Source: an uncultured Oscillospiraceae bacterium
GTDB taxonomy: Bacteria; Bacillota; Clostridia; Christensenellales; CAG-138
Assembly: GCA_964489575.1 (NCBI GenBank)
Contig: CAZAZI010000003.1
Location: forward strand, 1 to 32,338
Direction: 5' to 3'
DNA length: 32,338 nt
Positions 25,164-32,338 of this stretch are shown one piece after another. The position numbers were made by a program, and so were the translations under genes. The notes below the pieces were generated by a model, which was not told where the DNA came from, did no database searches, and saw only the letters and a list, made by a program, of their open reading frames with translations. How positions within the stretch are numbered: the stretch's first letter is position 1; each line of letters begins with the position of its first letter.

Positions 25164-25802
25164 TTAGCCTCCCTTTACAAGTCCCGCCAGCGTTTCGATC
25201 ATCAGGCAGCTTGACATGGCGCCGGGGTCGATGTGGCCGATGCTGCGCTCTCCCAAATAGGAGGCGCGGCCCTTGGTAGCGGCGATTTCCTTCGTTTTCT
25301 CCGCACACGCGCGCGCCAGCGCCGCCGCCTTTTCCAGCGCCTGCGGAGCAGGCTCGCCCGACTCGGCATCCGCCGCAATGGCGGCCTGCACCGGAATAAG
25401 GACGTCAAGCATGGTCTTTTCGCCTAAAACCGCCTTGCCGCGCAGCTGCACGCCTTCGATTCCCGCCTTTAGAAAATCGGCGAGATCGGGCAACTCCAGC
25501 GCTTCCTTGCCCTTCACTGTGGCGGCTCCTTTTAAAAACAGGGTGCCGTAAAGCGGCCCGGCCGCCCCGCCAACGTTGGAAATAAGCGCCATGGCCGTGG
25601 CCTTGAGCATGGCCTCGGCATCCTGCTCAGCCGGCCCCTGCGCAAGCTTTGCGCGCGCCGCGCCAAAGCCCCTGGCCATGTTGTGGCCATGGTCGCCATC
25701 GCCAATCGCAGCGTCCAGGTCTGTCAGCATTTGCTTGTTTTCGTCGATCATATCGGCCAGCTTAAACAGCAGGCCACGAACCTGTTCTTTGGAATAGCTC
25801 AT
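25164..25802 (-). CDS. dhaL: Dihydroxyacetone kinase ADP-binding subunit DhaL
   Basis: LDAAIGDGDHGHNMARGF, GGAAGPLYG and the GRASYLGERSIGHIDPGA motifs. Confidence 0.9.
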   Translation of the reverse strand: MSYSKEQVRGLLFKLADMIDENKQMLTDLDAAIGDGDHGHNMARGFGAARAKLAQGPAEQDAEAMLKATAMALISNVGGAAGPLYGTLFLKGAATVKGKEALELPDLADFLKAGIEGVQLRGKAVLGEKTMLDVLIPVQAAIAADAESGEPAPQALEKAAALARACAEKTKEIAATKGRASYLGERSIGHIDPGAMSSCLMIETLAGLVKGG

Positions 25803-25852
25803 TGTGCATATCTCCCGTTTTTAGATTCCCCTCGGGGGGGACGCGGCGGCAA

Positions 25853-26848
25853 CTAAAAATGTTTGTAGGCGACGGTATCCGCCTTGGCGCCATAATAGCC
25901 CTTGAGCTCGTCGTCGAGCTTGAGGATGCTGACGGAAGCGCCGGCCATTTCAATGGAGGTCATGTAGTTGCCTACATTGGTGTCGTAAATCTTCACGCCC
26001 ATGCCGGTGAGGATGGCGTTGACCTTGCGGTTCATGATAAGCAGCTCCATCAGCGGCGTTCCGCCCAGGCCGTTAACAAGCACCGCAACCTCATCGCCCG
26101 CCTTGAGCGGCTGATCCTCGAGCACGCGCCCTACCAGTTCCTCAACGACCTCGTCGGCCGTGCGGATTTTCTCCTTGCGTACGCCCGGCTCGCCGTGGAT
26201 ACCCAGGCCCATTTCCATCTCGTCCTCTTCAAGGGTAAAGTTCGGCTTGCCGGCCGCGGGGACGATGCAGGGCGTGAGCGCCATGCCCATGGTACGAATA
26301 TTCTTGATAACCTTTTCGCCTATGGCCTGAACCTCCTCAAGGCTCTTGCCCGCCTCGGCTGCGGCGCCGGCAATCTTATGAACCAAAACCGTGCCCGCGA
26401 TGCCGCGGCGGCCAACGGTCCAGGTACTGTTCATCACAGCCACGTCGTCGTCCACCACGACCTTGGCTACCTTGATACCCTCGGCCTCGGCCATTTCCAT
26501 TGCCATTTCAAAGTTCATAACATCGCCCGTATAGTTTTTGATGACGAGCAGAACGCCCGCATCGGTTTGGACGGCCTTGATCGCTTCAAAAACCTGGTCG
26601 GGCGTAGGGGAGGTGAAAACCGGGCCACAAACGGCGGCGTCGAGCATGCCGCAGCCGACAAAGCCCGCGTGTGAAGGCTCGTGTCCGCTGCCGCCGCCGC
26701 TGACCAGAGCGACCTTGCCCTCTTTCTTTTTCGAGCGCACCATTACCTCGAGATTCTCGAGTCTGCGAAGATACTGCGGATACGCCAACCCCAGTCCCTC
26801 CAGCATCTCATCGACTACGTTTTCGGGCTTGTTAATCAGCTTTTTCAT
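25853..26848 (-). CDS. dhaK: Dihydroxyacetone kinase substrate-binding subunit DhaK
   Basis: [19 protein letters not shown]...[20 protein letters not shown]...[18 protein letters not shown] precedes ATG 26848. Confidence 0.92.
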   Translation of the reverse strand: MKKLINKPENVVDEMLEGLGLAYPQYLRRLENLEVMVRSKKKEGKVALVSGGGSGHEPSHAGFVGCGMLDAAVCGPVFTSPTPDQVFEAIKAVQTDAGVLLVIKNYTGDVMNFEMAMEMAEAEGIKVAKVVVDDDVAVMNSTWTVGRRGIAGTVLVHKIAGAAAEAGKSLEEVQAIGEKVIKNIRTMGMALTPCIVPAAGKPNFTLEEDEMEMGLGIHGEPGVRKEKIRTADEVVEELVGRVLEDQPLKAGDEVAVLVNGLGGTPLMELLIMNRKVNAILTGMGVKIYDTNVGNYMTSIEMAGASVSILKLDDELKGYYGAKADTVAYKHF

Positions 26849-26907
26849 ATGGGCTCTCCTTTCGCTCCTCAGCTTATAATATTATGCGCCAGCATAGTGG
26901 GAACAGT

Positions 26908-26950
26908 AAAAAAGCAACCTAAATACCCCCTTTCGGGGCAATCAGATTGC
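26908..26950 (-). terminator. Terminator-like hairpin inside the dhaK leader (possible attenuator)
   Basis: The minus strand reads GCAATCTGATTGCCCC-GAAA-GGGGGTATTTAGGTTGC-TTTTTT. This is a long imperfect stem (about 15 pairs, one bulge, one mismatch, some G-U) followed by T6, ending about 60 nt upstream of the dhaK ATG. Confidence 0.45.
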
Positions 26951-27048
26951 GACTCTCGATACGTCATCCTATATTGCTTTGTCATTGGCGATCCGGGCGC
27001 TTCGCCGCAAATCGATTTATCTAAATATATGTAGCCGTTATTATATAT

Positions 27049-27077
27049 AGTCTATAGGCTCTTCTGAAACGTGTCAA
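27049..27077 (-). promoter_or_regulatory. Candidate promoter for the dha operon
   Basis: Minus strand: TTGACA (27077-27072), 17 nt, TAGACT (27054-27049). This implies a leader of about 190 nt. Confidence 0.4.
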
Positions 27078-27181
27078 GCAGTTTTGGCAATAATTTGGAA
27101 AATTTGTACCGCTCAAAGCCTTGGCCGATCAGCTATTTCGGCCTTTGCGCAAGGGGGTGGCGTTGCTTGCCCAAATTGAAC

Positions 27182-27230
27182 AAAAAGCACCGGACAGAAA
27201 GCCCGGTAAAGGGCATTTCCATCCGGTGCT
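27182..27230 (-). terminator. Rho-independent terminator after glxK
   Basis: AGCACCGGA (27186-27194) pairs with TCCGGTGCT (27222-27230), with partly self-paired internal sequence. The minus-strand transcript ends in T5 (27186-27182). It starts 11 nt after the glxK stop. Confidence 0.7.
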
Positions 27231-27240
27231 TAAAAAACGC

Positions 27241-28374
27241 CTACGCCTTGATTTTATGGATCAATCTCATAAGATTATCCATCGTAATAAATAGATTCTC
27301 CTCGCTATGGAAGCGGGAGCGGGAAAAGTCCTGCGCCTTGGTGTTAATGCTAAATATAGCGTCAACGCCCAGGTCATAAGCCTCTTCCAGCCCGTCCGCC
27401 ATCTCGCCTACCACCGCCAGAAGCGGAATGCCGAGTCTTTTTGTACGGTGGGCCACACCGATCACCACTTTGCCGCGCAGGCTTTGCTCATCCATTCTGC
27501 CCTCGCCGGTAATAACCAGATCGGCATCCGCGGCAATCTCATCGAAATTGACAGCGGCCAGAACCACGTTAATCCCCATGATTAGCTCAGCGCCGAAGAA
27601 AGCCGCCATGCCGCCGCCCATGCCGCCTGCGGCGCCGCTTCCGGGCAAATTCAGAATATCCTTGCCCAGATCCTGTTTGATTACTTGCGACAAATGCAGA
27701 AGTCCCTGATCCAGAAAGAGCACAGCCTCCGCATCAGCGCCTTTTTGCGGGCCGAAAACATGGGCGGCGCCCGTGGGGCCGCAAAGGGGAATGTCCACAT
27801 CGCACATGGCGGTAATCTGTATACCGGCAAGTTCGGGCGCGAGATTGGAAGCATCGATGCGGTTTATCTCATGCAACGTGCCGCCGGTGGGCATAAAGGG
27901 TTCCCCATTGCTCTTTTCAAACCGCATGCCCAAGGCGGCCGCTAAGCCGGCTCCGCCGTCATTGGTACAACTGCCGCCGATACCCAGGATAATTTTACGG
28001 CACCCCCGCTCGGCAGCAGCCTTCATCAACTGGCCTACGCCAAATGTTGTAGTCAGCAGCGGATTCTTTCTGTCTTCTACCAGCGGCAAACCCGCGCAGG
28101 CCGCCATTTCGATCACCGCGGTGCCGTCTGGCAATAGGCCGTAAAAGCTCTGCATGGGTTCGCCATATGGCCCGGCAACCGGTACCTCTATCTTCTCTCC
28201 GCCAACGGCGCTTAAGAAGGCGTCAACGCTGCCCTCGCCGCCATCCGCCACAGGGATGCTGCGAATCTGCGCATGGGGATGATGCGCTCTTATGGCGCGG
28301 GCCATAACGGCGCAAACCTGGGCAGAGCTCATCGTGCCCTTGAAAGAATCCGGAATCAACACGACCTTTTTCAT
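27241..28374 (-). CDS. glxK: Glycerate kinase
   Basis: MKKVVLIPDSFKGTMSSAQV...IPVADGGEGSVDAF...GIGGSCTNDGGAGLAAALG...VITGEGRMDEQSLRGKV, the classic glycerate kinase family pattern. Confidence 0.9.
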   Translation of the reverse strand: MKKVVLIPDSFKGTMSSAQVCAVMARAIRAHHPHAQIRSIPVADGGEGSVDAFLSAVGGEKIEVPVAGPYGEPMQSFYGLLPDGTAVIEMAACAGLPLVEDRKNPLLTTTFGVGQLMKAAAERGCRKIILGIGGSCTNDGGAGLAAALGMRFEKSNGEPFMPTGGTLHEINRIDASNLAPELAGIQITAMCDVDIPLCGPTGAAHVFGPQKGADAEAVLFLDQGLLHLSQVIKQDLGKDILNLPGSGAAGGMGGGMAAFFGAELIMGINVVLAAVNFDEIAADADLVITGEGRMDEQSLRGKVVIGVAHRTKRLGIPLLAVVGEMADGLEEAYDLGVDAIFSINTKAQDFSRSRFHSEENLFITMDNLMRLIHKIKA

Positions 28375-28456
28375 TGGAAACCCACCAATTCAGCTTTCTC
28401 TGTCTTTTTCGCCAAAGCCATGCATGGCACTCCGTCGTTATGATTGCCTGCCCGGC

Positions 28457-29839
28457 TTACAAGAGCACCAAAGAAAGCAAAACGATCAGGACCATTGCGG
28501 CCATGCCTTCCACCAAGGTCGCCATGGTTTGCGTCTTATATCCCTGCTTAATGGACATTTTGCCTAAGCCGGTCACCACAAAGAAGTAACTGTCGTTGGC
28601 ATGGGATACCGTCATCGCGCCGGCGCCAACGGCCATCATGGCCAGCGTAGCGCCAACGGGCGTATTCAACCCCAGGGCGGTCAGCAAAGACGCCGGGTCT
28701 GTGTAGCTGCCAAGAATGGCGGAGGTCGTTAAGAGCGCAACCGTCGAAGATCCCTGCGCGGTCTTGAGGGTCGCCGAGATCAGGAAGGGGAAAATGATGC
28801 CGATCGAGAGCAGGGATGTCGCATTCTCTTGGATATACTGCACGAAACCGGTCTCGGTAATCATCCTGCCCAGCACGCCGTCTGCGCCGATCATGAACAT
28901 CAGCGATCCGGATATCATAAACGACGCTTCCGTAACATCGCTGAAAGAACCGCCCCGTTTGGAAGCGCGCATCAAGACCAGGCCAAAGATCGTACCGATC
29001 GCCATGGCGATGATGGGGGAACCAAAGAAACCGACGGCTATCTCCAGCCCTTCCGGCAGATGGAGGACGTTCGTCAAAGAGCTCGCCGTCATCAGGATGA
29101 TCGGCACAAAGATCGGCGCAAGAGACAGCCAGCCGCTGGGTAGCCCGCCGAATTCTTTGGTCAGTTCCTCATAAGATTTCTTAGCGGCCTCGCTGGCAGC
29201 CTCAATGTCCTCGGGCGTCTTTTCTTTTTTGCCGATATATATGGTATAGAAATAGGATGCTACCAGGGCTGGAATAGATACCAAGGCTCCAATCCCAAAG
29301 ATCAAGAGCAGCTGATCCGCTAAGCCCAGGTTGCTGGCCGCCGCAAGCGGGCCGGGCGTAGGCGGCAGGAAGCAATGCGACGCGTAAAGCCCTGTGGAGA
29401 GCGCCATGGACATACCGACGCTGGAAGCCTTGGTACGGTCGCGCAGCGCTCTGCGGATCGGGTCAAGCACCACGAAGCCGCTATCGCAGAAAACCGGAAT
29501 GCCTACGATCCAGCCAATGATCATCATGGCCATTTCCGGATGCTTTTCGCCTACCAGGTTCACCACCATATCGGCCAGCTTCAGCGCGCCGCCGCTTTTC
29601 TCCAGGATAACGCCGATCAGCGAACCCAGGATAACGACGATGCCTATGCTTTTGAAGGCGCCGCTGAAGCCCTCGCCAATCACGGTCGGCAGATCCTTGA
29701 AGGGTACGCCCACGGCGATTCCCAGCAGCAGCGCCGCGCCCATGATCGCAAAAAACGGATGGAACTTGAATTTGGAAATAGAGATGACCATCAATACCAG
29801 GATAGCAAAGAATACAAGAATTAATATGCCGCTTGACAT
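28457..29839 (-). CDS. GntP-family permease (likely glycerate/sugar-acid transporter)
   Basis: 460 aa and about 12 TM. Family-typical N-terminus ILVLMVISISKFKFHPFFAIMGAALLLGIAVG and GSSTVALLTTSAILG. Lies 82 nt upstream of glxK on the same strand. Confidence 0.88.
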   Translation of the reverse strand: MSSGILILVFFAILVLMVISISKFKFHPFFAIMGAALLLGIAVGVPFKDLPTVIGEGFSGAFKSIGIVVILGSLIGVILEKSGGALKLADMVVNLVGEKHPEMAMMIIGWIVGIPVFCDSGFVVLDPIRRALRDRTKASSVGMSMALSTGLYASHCFLPPTPGPLAAASNLGLADQLLLIFGIGALVSIPALVASYFYTIYIGKKEKTPEDIEAASEAAKKSYEELTKEFGGLPSGWLSLAPIFVPIILMTASSLTNVLHLPEGLEIAVGFFGSPIIAMAIGTIFGLVLMRASKRGGSFSDVTEASFMISGSLMFMIGADGVLGRMITETGFVQYIQENATSLLSIGIIFPFLISATLKTAQGSSTVALLTTSAILGSYTDPASLLTALGLNTPVGATLAMMAVGAGAMTVSHANDSYFFVVTGLGKMSIKQGYKTQTMATLVEGMAAMVLIVLLSLVLL

Positions 29840-30051
29840 GCTTTTGCCCCCATTCTTTTATTGCATTTAAAATGTAGAAAAGTTCTTGAATTTCTAGTAT
29901 GCCCGCGCATACCCGCCTGTGTCATGCGTATCGGAATCCACCCCGGGTTAAAACTGTTGGTATGCGCCGGCCGGCCGCTTGGGATATTTATTTTTACGAT
30001 TTTCCTCTTCCATACGCCGTAATGCATCTTTACCGGCGCAACTTCTCCGTA

Positions 30052-30071
30052 TTGATACGCCTTGATACGCC
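30052..30071. repeat. Perfect tandem 10-bp direct repeat in the gntP upstream region
   Basis: TTGATACGCC (30052-30061) and TTGATACGCC (30062-30071). A third partial copy ATACGCC is at 30012-30018. Confidence 0.8.
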
Positions 30072-30354
30072 AAAATCTGCCCACATCCCTCCTTTATACG
30101 CACAGTGGCACAACAGAAGCTAGGTTCATAGAAATGTTAAAAGTTGCGCAAACTTTTATATGTGTATTATATGGGAACGTAGCCCATTAAAAAATGGCAC
30201 CGCGGCCATATTGCTTGCGTTTTCCATGTCATGCCGAACAAGATCTTGCCATCATAACCGACAGCACTCGATATAATAGGCGAAACGGTTACATATTTCC
30301 AGTAAAAAGCGGCTTGGCTGGCGGATCGCGCCGCGGCGAACAAAGCGGCAATAT

Positions 30355-30387
30355 AAAAAGCAGGCTCCCGCTTTCCTGTGGGAGCCT
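30355..30387 (-). terminator. Rho-independent terminator after the ABC ATPase gene
   Basis: AGGCTCCC (30362-30369) pairs with GGGAGCCT (30380-30387) around a 10-nt loop. The minus-strand transcript continues GC-TTTTT (30359-30355). Confidence 0.65.
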
Positions 30388-30411
30388 TTCCATATTCCGT
30401 CCTATCCCGCG

Positions 30412-31107
30412 CTAGCTTGCGCTTTGCTCTCCTTCGAACAGTTCCCCATCCACGATGCGCACCACCCGTTCGGCGTGGCTGGCCACGTTCAGGTCGTGGG
30501 TGATCATCACGATGGTGTGGCCCATATCGTGCAGCTGGGCAAAGAGCTTAAGCACCTCCCTGCCGGTGTTGCTGTCCAGCGCGCCGGTGGGTTCATCCGC
30601 AAGCAAAAGCTTTGGCCCGCCCACCAGAGCCCGGGCGATGGCTACCCGCTGCTGCTGGCCGCCGGAAAGGGCGTTGGGCTTGTGGCTAAGGCGGTCGCTC
30701 ATGCCCAGCATCTCCAGTTTTTCCAGCGAGGCGCGCTTGGCCTCCTGCCTCGGCATACCCCGCACCAAAAGGGGCATCATCACATTTTGCAGCACGTTAT
30801 AGCGCGGCAGAAGATGGTACTTTTGAAAGATGAAGCCGATCAGCCTGTTGCGCAGCAGGGCCATCTGCTCTTCGTTCATGGCCTGTACGGGAATGCCCGC
30901 CAGGGTGTAGATCCCCTTCTGAAAATCATCCATGCAGCCGATAATGTTCATCAGCGTGCTTTTACCGCTGCCCGAAGGGCCCAGAACGGCCAGGTACTCG
31001 CCCGCGTCCACCCGCAGGGAGATGCCCTTGAGCACCTCCAGCTGCTCGTCGCCCACCTGGTAATATTTATGGATATCCTCGCAAAGGATGATGTGCTCCG
31101 CATCCAT
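30412..31107 (-). CDS. ABC transporter ATP-binding protein (MacB/LolD/FtsE-like)
   Basis: Walker A GPSGSGKST, Q-loop, signature LSGGQQQRVAIARAL, Walker B LLLADEPTGALD, H-loop ITHD. Confidence 0.9.
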   Translation of the reverse strand: MDAEHIILCEDIHKYYQVGDEQLEVLKGISLRVDAGEYLAVLGPSGSGKSTLMNIIGCMDDFQKGIYTLAGIPVQAMNEEQMALLRNRLIGFIFQKYHLLPRYNVLQNVMMPLLVRGMPRQEAKRASLEKLEMLGMSDRLSHKPNALSGGQQQRVAIARALVGGPKLLLADEPTGALDSNTGREVLKLFAQLHDMGHTIVMITHDLNVASHAERVVRIVDGELFEGEQSAS

Positions 31108-31114
31108 GCTTGCC

Positions 31115-31678
31115 TTACCTCGAAACGATGGATACGCCGGTAATGTTCTCGCTGCCGTCTGCCAGCGTTTCCAGCGTGATTCGCAGAGCCATACCCTTGG
31201 TCACGCTGGAGAAATCCCCCGTGCCGATGGCCATGCCCACGGGCAAAAGGTACTCCGCCGTTTCCTCGCCATAGACCAGCGTGCCGCTCTCGTCGCGCTC
31301 GCCCAGCGTAAGGGTAACCTTATTGCCTACGATGGCGGCTACCCGGCCATAGATAGCGCTGCCGTCATCCTGCATAGGCACAGCATCCCCGCCCGGGGCG
31401 CCCTGGGCCGTGTCCGCATCGGCGTTCTTCTGCCCGCCCTGGCGGCCTCCTTGGGCCTGGGCCGTATCGCCGCCGGGCCGCTCGCCCGAAGGCATATCGC
31501 CTCCCGTGGGCATCCCGTCAAGAGAAGGCATTTCGCCAGGCGGTATGCCGGAGATGCCGCCCTGCTCCATTTGGCCCAGGTCTACGCGGACGACGTCCGC
31601 TTCCTCTTGCTTGGAACAGCCCGCGAAAAGCAGCGCCAGCAGGGCCGCCAGCAGGCAATATAGCCGGTATTTACGCAT
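31115..31678 (-). CDS. Lipoprotein associated with the ABC transporter (P/G-rich linker + small beta domain)
   Basis: GAGGGAGGA precedes ATG 31678. Signal peptide with lipobox: MRKYRLYCLLAALLALLFAGC|SKQ. Low-complexity G(E/D)MPS-type region, then GRVAAIVGNKVTLTLGE...ITLETLADGSENITGVSIV, resembling the distal barrel of a periplasmic adaptor. The stop is 7 nt before the ATPase start. Confidence 0.65.
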   Translation of the reverse strand: MRKYRLYCLLAALLALLFAGCSKQEEADVVRVDLGQMEQGGISGIPPGEMPSLDGMPTGGDMPSGERPGGDTAQAQGGRQGGQKNADADTAQGAPGGDAVPMQDDGSAIYGRVAAIVGNKVTLTLGERDESGTLVYGEETAEYLLPVGMAIGTGDFSSVTKGMALRITLETLADGSENITGVSIVSR

Positions 31679-31692
31679 AGGTCATCCTCCCT

Positions 31693-32338
31693 CTATTCCT
31701 GATTGAGCGCCTGGATGGGATTCAGGCGCGAAGCCTTCCACGCGGGGTAAAAGCCGAACACCGTACCCGTAAGCACAGCGAAAACCAGCGCCAGCGCCGC
31801 CCCCTCAAAGGTGGGCAGGGCCGTGGCGCCCAGCATTTCCACAACGGGCAGGATGGCATAGCTCAAGGCCACGCCCACAATGCCGCCCAGCACGCTGATG
31901 CTGGCCGCCTCCAAAAGGAACTCCAGCAAGATGGTGCGCTTGGAGCAGCCCACAGCCTTCAAAAGCCCGATCTCCGCCGTGCGCTCCTTGACGGAGACGA
32001 AGAACACGTTCATAATGCCGATGCCGCCTACCATAAACACGATGCTGGCCACGGCCAGCAGCATGGCGGCCAGGGTGTTGGCGCTTTGGGTGGCCGCCTC
32101 CATGGCGCTTCCCGCGTCCGTCACCTCGAAGGAGGCGGTGGGGTAATTCTCGGTGAGCACGGTTTGGATATTGGCCATGGCCTGCTCTACCTTATCCACA
32201 TCCTCTGCCACGGCGGCGATGGAAGGCTTGGCGCTGGAACCCAGAATATGCTTGACGCAGGTGGCATAAGGCACGTAAACGGCGCTGTCCGGGCTGATGC
32301 CGCTCTGCACCGAGCCCATGGTCTCCAACACGCCGATG
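31693..32338 (-). CDS. ABC transporter permease, FtsX/MacB type, C-terminal part (N-terminus off-window)
   Basis: FtsX-domain pattern: FMVGGIGIMNVFFVSVKERTAEIGLLKAVGCSKRTILLEFLLEAASISVLGGIVGVAL...GFYPAWKASRLNPIQALNQE. The frame is open to the right edge of the window. Confidence 0.85.
   Translation of the reverse strand, partial: IGVLETMGSVQSGISPDSAVYVPYATCVKHILGSSAKPSIAAVAEDVDKVEQAMANIQTVLTENYPTASFEVTDAGSAMEAATQSANTLAAMLLAVASIVFMVGGIGIMNVFFVSVKERTAEIGLLKAVGCSKRTILLEFLLEAASISVLGGIVGVALSYAILPVVEMLGATALPTFEGAALALVFAVLTGTVFGFYPAWKASRLNPIQALNQE

Noticed and set aside
25802-26674. 290-aa plus-strand ORF; likewise 30424-31143 (+), 2743-3411 (-), 724-1446 (-) and 16432-17073 (-)
   Set aside because: All are antisense to genes with strong family signatures or other coding-like ORFs (dhaK, ABC ATPase, regulator/receiver, histidine kinase, kinase end/membrane/acidic ORFs) and lack motifs or RBSs.
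29821-30415. ORFs 29821-30084 (-), 29899-30123 (+) and 30194-30415 (+) in the gntP upstream region
   Set aside because: There is no RBS at proper spacing, the composition is odd, and one overlaps the gntP start. The region is better explained as regulatory DNA.
1-32338. Scan for CRISPR arrays, tRNA/rRNA genes, transposases/integrases and terminal inverted repeats
   Set aside because: No spaced direct-repeat arrays, cloverleaf-like segments, rRNA-like segments, DDE or tyrosine/serine recombinase motifs were seen in any frame. The only repeats are those listed under features.

Overview
This is a ~60% GC segment in Gram-positive (Clostridia-like) style, with GGAGG-type ribosome-binding sites and five lipobox lipoproteins; the taxonomy is inference only. 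There are four blocks. (1) 1-3402 is a signalling block: a histidine-kinase-like gene with degenerate catalytic motifs (5' end off-window), a NarL/DesK-type histidine kinase, a LuxR-type response regulator, and an orphan receiver-like protein lacking the phospho-acceptor residues. (2) 3532-8636 encodes cell-surface proteins: a zinc-ribbon membrane protein with 33-bp tandem repeats, two lipoproteins and a mini zinc-ribbon ORF, plus an AIM24/TIGR00266 gene. (3) About 8.6-21.3 kb looks like an accessory signalling island. It holds a sigma-70 region-4-like fragment, then an XRE-HTH gene translationally coupled to a Hanks-type Ser/Thr kinase with extracellular leucine-rich repeats. Next come a 44-codon secreted-peptide-like ORF beside a second, larger XRE-HTH gene (frameshifted), a lipoprotein, and an FHA ORF followed by a zinc-ribbon/coiled-coil/kinase ORF (split and 3'-truncated). 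The island ends with a start-less membrane ORF, a doubly frameshifted GerE/LuxR HTH, a 753-aa lipoprotein with an Lgt paralogue, and an ORF with two in-frame stops. (4) 21.4-32.3 kb is ordinary carbon metabolism and transport: cdaR, dhaK-dhaL-dhaM-ptsH-ptsI, glxK-gntP and a MacB/FtsX-type ABC transporter (permease runs off-window). I saw no rRNA, tRNA, CRISPR array, transposase or integrase, and nothing that matches a named defence system. The best candidates for something undescribed are the HTH/LRR-receptor-kinase pair with the neighbouring peptide-ORF/HTH pair, and the lipoprotein-Lgt cassette. Many island genes carry frameshifts or nonsense codons, which may be real gene decay or homopolymer assembly errors. 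All homology calls come from motif recognition by eye; no searches were run.
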